Made by a program: the position numbers and the translations under genes. From Octopus sinensis (taxonomy: Eukaryota): DNA of 57,340 nucleotides. Below, piece by piece: positions 45,936 through 57,340 of the stretch. How positions within the stretch are numbered: the stretch's first letter is position 1; every line of letters starts with the position of its first letter. The stretch spans positions 1 to 57,340 of the forward strand of contig NW_021833636.1 in the NCBI RefSeq assembly GCF_006345805.1. Direction: 5' to 3'. Under the pieces are notes generated by a model. That model searched no databases. It was not told the origin of the DNA and saw only the letters and a program-made list of their open reading frames with translations.

Positions 45936-46430
45936 CGCGATTGTGTATATGTGTAATTTGTTTGAAGTGATGTACGGTTTTTATATATCAAGAAAAATGA
46001 GCTAGTTAGAATTTTGACTAGTTATTTATTTAGCGCTTTTATCACATTTCAGACAATTATTAGAAATTGTGTTTTTCGCAGAAAACTTATGTATGTGCTA
46101 GCTGAAATAAATCTGGAGTTGAATTGGGAACGAACGTTATTTTGTTATGTATATGTATTCGTACAAATGCGCACGTACATATATGTGCAAATGTATGCGA
46201 GGCTGAGCAAGAAAAGAAGAAAAAAAGTGCGAAAGAAAGAAAGAACCAATTTTTTTTCCAGGATTTTTGAAATCGCATAGTATGTTTCCGTTCAGCTGCT
46301 ACGCAGCTGTTTTAGTTAATGACGATTCAATCTTCTTTATACATAGTTTCGAAATTATGTCTCACTTTTTTTCCCTTTCTCTCCCTGTCATATATATACA
46401 TATATATATATATATTATATATATATATAT

Positions 46431-46515
<85 letters not shown>

Positions 46516-46821
46516 GGGGGGGGAATAGTCAGGTAGAAAATAGTAAAATAATTTTTTAAAAAAACATTCAGTATCAGTTTCAGTCATTGAGACTTTCACA
46601 ACTGTAAGTATGGAAAACAATTAAATTTTTGAAAAATTAGGAGTAAACAAGAGAGACAGAGACAGGAAGAAACAAGGAAAATGCCTCTTGTATTTGAATA
46701 ACCATTACTGAAATATTTTTTATAAAAATATTTCAAGATTTTCTACCTTGACTTTTTTTTCCATATATCAACTCGTGTGTTCCCTTTCAAATTTCTACAT
46801 ATATGTATATATATATATATA

Positions 46822-47030
46822 TAAAGTTAATCCAAACAAGAAAACACAGAAAAAAACACAGCAACGCGAGGACGTGAAACAATTAAAGTATTATTGGACG
46901 CTCAGGAAAGAAGGGAAGAAGGGTTTAACGTTTCGAGCGGAGCTCTTCGTCGGAAACAAAGGAGAAGGAAAGATCCCGAGAAGGGAAGACTGAGGGAAAA
47001 AAATTGCTGGCAGTGCTCACGAGGTTGAGA
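46822..47030 (-). mobile_element. PLE 3'-end fragment related to the 781-6546 pLTR, ending at (TA)n
   Basis: Minus strand ...gggatctttcc...HHR...tttcctgagcg..aataatact.taattg...gtttggattaactttatatatata. Confidence 0.85.
46923..46957 (-). ncRNA. Minimal hammerhead ribozyme, best-formed copy in the window
   Basis: GTTT-CCGACGA-a-GAGC-tcc-GCTC-GAAAC-GTT^AAAC; perfect 4-bp stems I and II, palindromic AACGTT. Confidence 0.75.
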
Positions 47031-47230
47031 GAGAGAGAGAGTTTGTGTGTGATCCTCAACCGATTGATCTCTAGATGTATTGCAATGTATTCAACTAGTG
47101 CCTTTACGCGGCACGAGATGGTAGTGCCTAGCCTAGGTTTGATAGTAATATTTCTAAGAGTAATATTCTCTCTCTCTCTCTCCATATATATATAGATATA
47201 TATATATATTCTAACAGAACAATCACTCAC

Positions 47231-47500
47231 CGTGCGGTTTTCTGCTGGTCCCTTGATAGTATTTTCACATTTGATTCCAAATTCTAATAATTTTTATATA
47301 TTATGTCTAATTATTTCTTTGTATAATATAGCTCTCTTGCTTAGTAAGTATTGCTTTCATTATTTTATCACAGTCATCATCTCTCTTTTTTAAACAAACA
47401 ACACGGTAGTCCAACAACAGAAGTAGAAGCAGTTTGTCAAGTTTTACCTTTCTCTCAAAGCAACATAAAGATTTCATTTCAGCAGCCCTTCTGTAAGCTT
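47231..47500 (-). other. Candidate first (5' UTR) exon of a minus-strand transcript
   Basis: Strong donor ACG|GTGAGTG at 47231; unique sequence downstream of a (GA)n/(TG)n block; start not definable. Confidence 0.25.
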
Positions 47501-47516
47501 TGCAGTGTGTGTGTGT

Positions 47517-47562
<46 letters not shown>

Positions 47563-49509
47563 AAGAGAAGAGAGGAGAGAAACCATTGCAAACAATGAAT
47601 GAAATACACATGAAATGAAAACAATCGTATAAATATAATGGCATTGCTACAGATGTAAACACCCCTGGTGTTTATTTGCCTCATGACATCCAGAAAAAGG
47701 AATATTTTTAACAAGATTTTCTAAAAATACCGCTTAGATGTTGTGGCCTCAGAGTATATAGGGACGTTATGAGAAATAATTTTTCCGAAGGGATGGAGAG
47801 AGGAGTTTTGGAAAATTCACACTATCAGAATGTTTTCCCTCTTAACTTTCAGGAAGATGGAAACTTTCAGGAAAATTTATGCAAATCTGTTTCAAATGGC
47901 ATAGATTACGATTATAAAGAAATTTGCGGGAAAAATTTTTCAGGGATTTTTGTTCATTTTTTTTTTTTAACCAGAGCCTTCGAAATAATATGGTTGTGGA
48001 GGGAGGGGCATCTTTGTATGAAAAATATTTTGTAAACTCTTTTTACACCCCTCCCTCATCATCCCTCTCTGGACCTATTTTGATCAATTTTGTTTGTATT
48101 TAAAGCCATAGGAAGATTATTTTCGGTATAATTTTTTTTTTTAATTCTTAATATTTTCAGAGGGAAATGTGAATGATTTAAGGGCGATTTGGCTACTTTT
48201 TCTAGCATATCTACAGACGGCCCTTGTGGTTTCTTTATTACTCTCGCATGATGTTTTTCAATACCCCCCCCCCCATAACTACATTTATATGCTATAAAGA
48301 CGAAAATTTGAGAAATTATAAATTTAAGCAACCCCACGTCCTGTCCCCGATTGTTTTTGTTTGAAATTAAAATATGGGAGAGCCTGAGAAGGTCATTGCT
48401 GGCATTTATCCACAGTGGTTAAAGAAAAATTACGATGTACTTGCATAGCAAGTGATTTGATCAGAGATCGTGTGCTGAAACAAAAACAATTGCCTCGTAG
48501 AAGTTTGTAAGCGTTCAAGGACACACAGAAGTCGTTAGTTTCACACCACTACTTAAGTACAGAGGTTCCAATGTATCTACGTAACGATACGAAGGGGGGG
48601 GGGCGGTAATTTTAGGGTTAGTTTTTAGGTTTAAGGTTAGGGCTAGTTTTAGGGTTAGTTATGGTTATTTATGATGTTTTGTACGTAACACGTATATTTA
48701 AGTAGTTTCGTTAATGGACCTCTGTATTTAAATAGTACCAGTTTCATTTGTACGTTAAAATATTTTCTTCGCTTTGAAACCGCAACCTGTTCACTGACAA
48801 AACTTCGCAAAATTAATGCAGCACGAAATAAACACACATACACATTCATTGCCTTTCATTTGTGTGTATATGTATCTATGTGTGTGCCTGAGAGTGTCAC
48901 TGTTTAACTCGCTCGTACAACTTGTTTGCCTATATATTGGCCTTGTGGTACAGAGCGTTTGGAAACTGTGAATAAGGTGCAAGTTTCGAGTACTTGTTGG
49001 TAACTTTTTCCTCCCCGTCATCTAATAGTAATTACCTGACTGACAAGGCTCTTCTCACAGCTACCCCGCATTCAAAAATTATACAGGTATTTTAAAACTT
49101 TCCAGTCAATAAATAATAAATTACCTATACATTTATAGAATAATAAATAATAAATTATACATACACTAATAGAGTAAACTGTTGATTTTCCAAATAGATG
49201 AAAACTTAAAATAGAAAGTGAGAGACTTTGCAAATGAGAATGGAATACTCCGCAGGGAAAGCAATGAATATTTAAATTTACGAATTGGACGCAGTGAATG
49301 CAATGAATATTTAAATTTGCGAGAAAGTGAAGTTAAAAATATTCAAGAAATTTGAGAAATCGAAATTATAGGAAATTTCTTAGAACATAAATTTATTAAA
49401 ATATTTCCAGATGGTCAATCCTTTAATAATTGCCTTCTTTTAGTATATTCAGTAATTGTTACATACCTAATTAATACACAGCTTTATCTATTATAGTACA
49501 GATATATCA

Positions 49510-49809
49510 TCGTAACCGCCCAGGCTATCCGATGTTGCTACTCATCGCTGGTCACAATGCGCTTAGCATTGTTTTAGCCTTCAAATGACGCCACGTCGCT
49601 GGCTAAGCAAGTAGCCCAAGAGAAGAAAGAATGAGAGAAAGTTGTGGCGAAAGAGTACACTAGGTACTGCCACCACCCCCTGCCGGAGCATCGTGGAGCT
49701 TTAGGTGTTTTCGCTTAACAAACACTCACAACGCCCGGTATGGGAATCGAAACCGCGATGCTACGACCACGAGTCCACTGCCCTAACCGCTGGGCCATTG
49801 CGCCTCCAC
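49510..49809 (-). mobile_element. SINE family C with tail type ii
   Basis: Same as 15570-15854, terminal palindrome degraded. Confidence 0.85.
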
Positions 49810-51000
49810 AATATAGATATATATATTTTTTCAAATTTGTGTGAATGTGTACAGAATAATATATCAGTTAAATAAAGTTAAGACATTGTCTTGTTTTCAT
49901 ACATAGTGTACTCATCAGATTTCAAATGTGTCTAACCAACAGTTGAGTTCTTGACAAATTTCGAACCACTTCGAACGCTCCAGACAGCTGAATTTTTAGA
50001 ATACCTTTTAATCAATCCGCATGCTCATAAACATCATGGTTTGCCAGGTGTACCGATATTCTGTAATTTGTTTATATTTATTATACCATATCATTAGCTG
50101 GTTGTTATATTATTGCGGTTATCTCCGTTCAAAACAGGTTTGAACATTTTAATAAACTGTTTTTCTTTTATCTTTCTTCCAACCTGTCTTGTGTTACGTA
50201 GTTTGCGGAAAGGAAAAATTAGAAACATTTTCTGACCACATGTCGATATATGTTCGCTCAATGGAATTTGGCGAACATTGGGCTCCCGGATTTCTTGTCT
50301 GCGGACTCATGAGCGTTCCGATAATGCATTTGCTGCCTCGCCTATATATAATTCCTCGTAATTATGTATATGTATGTATGTATGTGTGTGTGTGTGTGTA
50401 TATGTGTTTGTGTGTGTGTATGTATATCTGTGTGTGAGTGTGTCTGTGTGTATGTGTGTATTTATATATGTATTTATGCATATGTATGTGTACAGAGAGG
50501 AGTACGTTGCTAAACAGTTCCTCTCTCATTTCTTATCGGAATAATTTTTTCCCGGGGGCACACAAACGAGAGTTAATGAGTAGTCGTTAATGTATGTCCC
50601 TAGTAGAAAGTTATTATGTTATAAACCGTGTGGGGAGAAGAAGAAGAAGAAGGGGAAGAAAAGAAGAAGAGGAAGTAGAGGTAGTAGTAGTAGTAGTAGT
50701 AGTAGTAGTATAAGAAGAAGTAGTAGTAGAAGAAGAAATTCGTAGCAAAAATGGAAGAGAAAAAAGCTAATAGTAAGTATACTTTAGAAGTTTTACTCTT
50801 AAAGAGAAACTGTTTTTGAGTTACTTATTGTAACAAAAGTATTGAGGGGATATTTAGTTAGGTGTTCGATTGCGTTAGTTGATCTCTATGTCTCAGTGTC
50901 TGTCTGTCTGAATTTATATGAATATTTGAGTCCATATACGCTTAAGCGTGTCTGTGCCTCTACTTCCATATGCATACGCCTATCGCTGTACTCATATACG

Positions 51001-51051
<51 letters not shown>

Positions 51052-51639
51052 TTGTGTATGTATGTATACAAATACATATATATATATATATGTATGTGTG
51101 TGTGCTATTGTGTATATGTATATACATCTAATATATTAATATTCATGTATATTTATATGTCTGGATGTGATCACACACAATTTATGTGTACGTATTTTTC
51201 TAAGTGAAAACATACAACGTTCCAGACGTGTTAATCCTAAGATAACTTTTGAGTCTGGAAATCCAATTATTTTACAACTTCATTAAGATTGCTATTACAC
51301 ATTATCATTTTCTTGCCAAAATACGCGTTTATATAAATTGTAGAAATAATTTTTTTTTTATAAAAGGTAACATAAATGTATATAGTCGCTCAAATGTAGT
51401 TCAACATTCTATTTCTTTCAAATACATCGAGTTTCTTTTCCGCCCCACAGATAATTATAATATATCGGTATAGTACTATTAGAGATCCCATTGATAAGAG
51501 ATTGTTCCAACGTAGAATTATCAGTGATGTATTTCAAATTGTGATTCTTGCACTTAATTTTTCAGTTGCATGGCTGTGCTTTTCTCATCGTGGCGTATGG
51601 TAAAAAAATCATGAATGTAGTAAAATGTGATCAGCTGTA

Positions 51640-52052
51640 TACTCTTTACTCTTTTACTTGTTTCAGTCATGTGACTGTGGCCATGCTGGAACACCGCCTT
51701 TAGTCGAACAAATCGACCCCAAGACTTATTCTTTGTAAGCCTGGTACTTAAACTATCGGTCTCTTTTTGCCGAACCGCTAAGTTACGGGGACGTAAACAA
51801 ACCACCATCGGTTGTGAAGCGATGTTGGGGGGACAAACACAGACACACACAAACACACACACACATACATATATGCATATATATATATACGACGGTCTTC
51901 TTTCAGTTTCCGTCTACCAAATCCACTCACAAGGCTTTGGTCGGCCCGAGGCTATAGTAGAAGACACTTGCCCAAACTGCCACGCAGTGGGACTGAACCC
52001 GGAACCATGTAGTTGGTAAGCAAGCTACTTAACATAAAGTCACTCCTGCGCC
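51640..52052 (-). mobile_element. Full-length family A SINE
   Basis: Head ggcgcaggagtgac...gggttcagtccc through tail ...gactgaaacaagtaaaagagtaaagagt. Confidence 0.92.
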
Positions 52053-52172
52053 TATATATAAAATTATATATATATAATTATATATATATATAATTACTTA
52101 TATATATATATAATTACTTTAGGTTATTATTTTAATTTCCAATAAAGTCAGCCTGGTGTATGCAAACGACTA

Positions 52173-52465
52173 GTGGAGGCAAATGGCCTAGTGGTTACAG
52201 CAGCGGACTCACGGTCGAGGGATCGAATCTCTGACTGGGCGATGTGTGTGTTTATGAGCGAAATACCTTAGCTCCACGCTGCTCCGGCAGAAGGTAATGG
52301 CGAACTTCTGCTGACTCTTTCACCACAACTTTCCCTCACTCTTTCTTCCTGCATCTTTCAGCTCACCTGCGACGGGCCAGCGTCCCGTCCAGGTGGGGAA
52401 ACGATGCACCAAGGAAACTGGAAAACCGGCCCTTATGAGCCAGGCATGGCTTTAAAAGGGACAAA
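52173..52465 (+). mobile_element. SINE family C with tail type iv
   Basis: gtggaggcaaatggcctagtggtta...cccgtccaggtgggg...ggcccttatgagccaggcatggc. Confidence 0.8.
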
Positions 52466-52825
52466 CAACAAATAATGCAAAAGACTTGCAGTAATAATCT
52501 GGGAGATTTCATCGACTTTTCTAAAAGCTCTGAAAGGGTGGACTTATGCTAATGTTAGGAGTCAATATAAGCTTTTATTCCTTTATTCTCTTACTTTCTT
52601 AAGTCATTAGACTATGGCCATGCTGGGGCACTGCAGTTAGCATTTTTAGTCGAATGACTCGACCCCAGGACATTTTTTAGAATTTAATTTTAAACCTGGT
52701 ACTTATTCGTTAGGTTACTTTTGCCGAACTGCTTCGTTATGGAGACGTAGACACGCTAACACCGGTGGTATGAGACAAGCAAAGACAAAACACACACATA
52801 TAGATATATATATTTATATATATAT

Positions 52826-53020
52826 ACAGGGTAGCCCAAAAGTAGGTTTACAGTTATCACGTAGGGAGTTTAAATTTCTTTTAAAACATTTTATTACATT
52901 TAAATTTCTATCTTACAATTAAGTAAATTAGCTTAGCATAATGGTTTCATTTTTTTTTATAATTAAGATATAAATGTACGACGTGTGATTTTGTTAAGGC
53001 ACACCATTCGTTATTCTTAA
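52826..53020 (-). mobile_element. Tc1/mariner terminal remnant
   Basis: TA|cagggtagcccaaaagtaggtttacagtt has TIR-like form. Confidence 0.45.
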
Positions 53021-53833
53021 AGACTTAGGCACAGGAGGAGAATCTTGTCGATTTCATAGAGCATAGACTTTGATTTGTATTTCATTTTATCGCCATTTAA
53101 AAAATGAAATGTAAAACTGACCCCTTCGACATAATTTGTGCAAAGAATATAAAGACCCTGGAAAATACAGCTAAATATTTTACCAATACACTAACGATTT
53201 CGCCAGCCCGCTACCTTAGATACTCCGTTAATAATTATCCCTGTTATTGATACAAGACCGTCACTCTTTCCACTAAAAAGATTAAAGGCAAATTTAACTT
53301 CGGCAGGATTTGAAACCAGACCGTAAAGACTAACGAAATGCCATGGTCTGTTAATGATTCTTCCATTTCCCCCCTTAAAGGTACTCTATTAATAACCCCT
53401 TTTACTATAAGCAGAAGGTCTGAAATGTTGGGGAGGGAGCTAGACGATTATAAAGACAGTCTCCAGTGTTCAACTGGTACTTATTTTATTGACACAGTAA
53501 TGGTGAAAGCAAAGTCGGCTTCGGTGGAATTAGACCCGCTAAACATTTTTTTTTCTGTGTGCTAACGATTCCTATGGCTCGCTTCCCTATGTGGTTTATC
53601 AATAATACATTCTACTATAGGTGCAACGCCTGAATTTAGGGAGAGCGGGCTAAGAAATTACATCAGACCCAGTGTTCCCCTGCTAGGTATTTCATCGACT
53701 CCGGGAAAATAAAACGCAAAGCTACCTCAGTGGAAATTGAACTCAGGGAGTTAAGACGGTCGAAATGCCGCTAAGGATTATGCCCGGTGTGCTTAAGATT
53801 TTACCAGCTCGCTTATGTACTCTAATAATGTAA

Positions 53834-54214
53834 TGGAAGCACTCCGTCGGTTACGACGACGAGGGTTCCGGTTGATCCGATCAACGGAACAGCCTGCTCG
53901 TGAAATTAACGTGTAAGTGGCTGAGCACTCCACAGACACGTGTACCTTAACGCAGTTCTCGGGGATATTCAGCGTGACACAGAGAGTGACAAGGCCGGCC
54001 TTTGAATACAGGTACAACAGAAACAGGAAGTAAGAGTGAGAGAAAGTTGTGGTGAAAGAGTACAGCAGGGATCACCACCATCCCTGTCGGAGCCTCGTGG
54101 AGCTTTTAGGTGTTTTCGCTCAATAAACACTCACAACGCCCGGTCTGGGAATCGAAACCGCGATCCTACGACCGCGGGTCCGCTGCCCTAACCACTGGGC
54201 CATTGCGCCTCCAC
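53834..54214 (-). mobile_element. Full-length, young-looking SINE family C with tail type i
   Basis: Intact A-box tggcccagtgg and B-box ggtttcgattcc; tail ...gtcgtcgtaaccgacggagtgcttcca. Confidence 0.9.
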
Positions 54215-54907
54215 TTACTCTAAGAATAATACAATCTAGAATGTTATCAGTTTCACTTGACTGAATGTCGAATTTAAGACAAAATCTGTTGCAATGTCTG
54301 ACCGCTGGTCCTTTTCTTTCCTGGAGACTTTACATCAAACCAACGAAATTACGACAGACGAATAATATTAAAGGTCTTACAACATTCTGTATCATTCTTA
54401 GTTAGATAATCTAATTTATTTTAGTAACTGAAGAAATTATTCTACAAATATACCAACATTCTAGTTTAGACTTTGAATATTATTACAATTGCAGCCGGCA
54501 ATGCAAGATTAATCGCAACCAAATAAACGAATATAGAAGTTTATGCCATTTATGTCCATCCAGCAATGGCATTTTTGTTTGGTTCTAAGTTCAAACGATG
54601 CTCAATGAGATATAACACAGTTTCTACATGCAACTCTAAACATTACGCCAGAAGTTTTTCGGATTATAACCACAGCTTGGTATATAATAATAAAATAGCA
54701 TGCAGATTTCTCATATTTTCACTTAGAAAACTTTGAACAACACACTTTAATTTTGTGCTTTTCATTTGACAAACTTTATGTGTTTTACAGCATAGCTTAA
54801 CATCATTTTGTGCAGTACGTTTAGTGCTAAGAATTTTAACACTTTTTGAAAATTATATTTTCTCACAAACACACAAACACCACACACTCTGTCTCTCTGT
54901 CACTCTC

Positions 54908-54954
<47 letters not shown>

Positions 54955-55054
54955 GCTGCTTCTTCAACCATTCTGTTGGCCTTCGTATCTCGACCAACAT
55001 GTGTCCCCGCTACCGAAACGATAATTATTTCTACGCCCTGCTGTATGGTTGTTG

Positions 55055-55372
55055 TTTGTGTCTCATTTGGTCTAAAGTCGTATGACAACCACACGTTATA
55101 TATATTTGTTTTTTCATTACTGTTTTCAATTTCGTTTTCGTCTCTTGTATTCACATCCGTCTTGTGCGTTCACATTCCTGTCTTATACCAAGAAATCTAA
55201 TGCTTACAGCTTAGTTTTTTTTCTTGGGGCTGGCCGAGTTGGAGCAAATATCAGAATTGAACAGCCGAAAATTTGCTATGATGATTCGTGTCTGACTGAA
55301 GATTGAAGGCTCGAATGATTTGTCTGTGTTCGTGTTCGTCCCTTCCTGTATTTCACGTTCATTATATATAAA
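55055..55372 (+). repeat. Dispersed repeat family G, copy 2
   Basis: Homologous to 31030-31345. Confidence 0.85.
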
Positions 55373-55384
55373 AACATTTCATCT

Positions 55385-55409
<25 letters not shown>

Positions 55410-55415
<6 letters not shown>

Positions 55416-55645
55416 TTTTTACTTTTTACTTGTTTCAGCCATTTGACAGTGACATGCTGGGACACCACCTTGAAGTGTTTCAGTCAAACAAATCGACCGC
55501 CCGCAGAATTTATATTTTTATAAATTCGTACGTATTCTCTCGGTCTATTTTGCCGAACCGCTAAGTTACGGGGACATAAACACACCGACATACGTTGTCA
55601 AGTCTTAGTGGCCGCACAAACACAGACACAAAGACACACTCACAC
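55410..55645 (-). mobile_element. Family A SINE 3' half
   Basis: ttttacttgtttcagccatttgacagtgacatgctggg...gccgaaccgctaagttacgggg. Confidence 0.8.
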
Positions 55646-56444
55646 AGATATATATATATATGTATACTATTGCTAAAGAGAACAACAAACATTAAGGCAA
55701 GGCAAACATCACAGAATTCCTCATCTCTAACATGTTAAGAAACAATTTAGAACTGTAATATTCAAAAAGTGTTGTTATTAAAATAAACTGTACCCCCAAA
55801 TTTTGCAAATAGCAATCAAATAATTATTTCAGTTAAATCATTTATTTTAATAACTTGGTTGTTCTGCGAACTGTAAATATGACTCCATTCATTTAAATAT
55901 CCAATTATGATGTGGAAAAACAACTGTTCATATTCCTTTTTCTAAACTTAGGACGGGTATTGACCTAGCAATGTAAATTTTTAGTTACCTTTTCTACTTT
56001 TTTTTTACTTTGAATCTTCTCTTTGGGTGGATAGACTACTATAATTTCATATACATTCAAGCAAAATATATTGTACTATTTTAATTATATGAAATTGTTA
56101 AAAACATATGCTGAGAAGATAATTTAACGACATTGTGGCAAAAACTAATATAAGATAAATGTTCACATACGTTAAAATTCTTAACCGTCAAAAATATCTT
56201 GTGCACTTTGGTTAATTAGAAAAACATATGACTATGTTTACACACACAACAGACACACACAAACACACACACATGCACACACACATACACACACGCACAC
56301 ACGCAGGTACACACATGTAAATATTTATGTATGTATGGGAATAAAATTAGGTATTTTCAAATGTTTTTCTAATTAATCATATATACATGCATATATACGT
56401 GGGCACACACACACACTTACATTCGCCCATATATATATATATAT

Positions 56445-56790
56445 ATATAAAATAAATTAGTAAATAAATAAAACATATGCATATGTACATAGATATATGT
56501 ACGTACCTACCTCTACATGTATATATACATGCATATATGGGTACAGGACACAAAAAAAACGTCGAACACAATGAGAAACGAAAACATAAACACAAAACCA
56601 AGGAAATGGACATTTTTCCTTAAACAACGAAAAAATAGAGTACAGGACATACAAAACAAGGAAAATTCCCCTTCTTCAGTCGCCTTTGTTTCATCTACTC
56701 CACGTTCGAAGGTCAATACACACGTTGCGGTGAATAAAGTGTCGTCTAGATTACGTAAAAATGAAAACAGCGCCGACATTTCATTTTAAC
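56445..56790 (-). repeat. Dispersed repeat family F, longer copy
   Basis: Homologous to 16502-16722; contains gactgaagaagggg on the minus strand. Confidence 0.8.
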
Positions 56791-56832
56791 CGACACAGTG
56801 ATCAAAATTACAAGAAAGTACCTTGAAATACC

Positions 56833-57340
56833 AGATTGATTGATTGATTGATTGATTCTAGTTTCAACTCATGAGCTGTGGCCATGCTGGGGCACCGCCA
56901 TTTGGTGTTGCTACATGGTTTTACTTCACGAAAGCTTTTTAGCAACTGCCATTTGGTGCATGAGAGAGTTCGATGCAGCTGCCCTCATTGCACCTCCTGC
57001 CGTGAAGTTGGTTCATCTGGGACACTGACAGGAAGAGACCAGTTTCCATTTTAAAGACATCTGCATCCACCCCATGCAGGTCCCTTAGGTTCTTCGGGAG
57101 GATATTGAAGAGCTGTGGGCCTCGGAAGCCAGGCTATCACAGTATCTTGTCCTACATCTTGATGGCAAATTTGGAGTCCTAGGTACCACGCAGTGGCGCC
57201 AGTTCTGGCATTTGTGTAACTCTCGATGCCAAAGTTTGGGACAAGTCCCTCCAGGATCTTCCAGATGTATATTATGGCATATCTTTCCCGCCTACGCTCC
57301 AAGGAATATAGTTTTAATCTCTTGAGTCTTTCCCAGTAGC
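56833..57340 (-). mobile_element. CR1-group LINE 3' end with (AATC)n tail; continues beyond the window
   Basis: YWERLKRLKLYSLERRRERYAIIYIWKILEGLVPNFGI..RGPQLFNILP.NLRDLHGVDADVFK..VPDEP; 3' UTR then (gatt)n on the + strand. Confidence 0.9.

Noticed and set aside
54130-54214. tRNA-like sequence with A and B boxes (also the heads of the other SINEs)
   Set aside because: No complete cloverleaf or acceptor stem, and it continues into a SINE body, so it is not a tRNA gene.

Overview
AT-rich eukaryotic DNA saturated with microsatellites and transposons. The SINE/LINE families and the (TA)n/(CA)n load point to an Octopus genome (inferred by recognition, not by a search). No host protein-coding gene could be identified with confidence, and most ORFs in the track are microsatellite artefacts. 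The main element is a near-complete Neptune-type Penelope-like retroelement (781-6546) with RT and GIY-YIG domains, broken by frameshifts. It is bounded by ~510-bp direct repeats that each carry a minimal hammerhead ribozyme, and it sits inside a (TA)n array. Two other hammerhead-bearing fragments (near 12.0 kb and 46.9 kb) also end about 100 nt after the predicted cleavage site, directly at (TA)n, which suggests a TA-microsatellite-targeting, ribozyme-processed retroelement system. Other notable items: an inverted duplication whose inner 70 bp are perfectly identical while the outer 128 bp are ~81% identical, with the perfect part covering a candidate exon and its splice donor; a TA-centred palindrome; a 5'-inverted RTE LINE; an R4/Dong cluster in TAA arrays; Helitron, mariner, Tc1 and maT remnants; and a CR1 LINE that shares its 3' tail with the most abundant SINE. 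All alignments, translations and folds were done by eye, and boundaries of degraded repeats are approximate.
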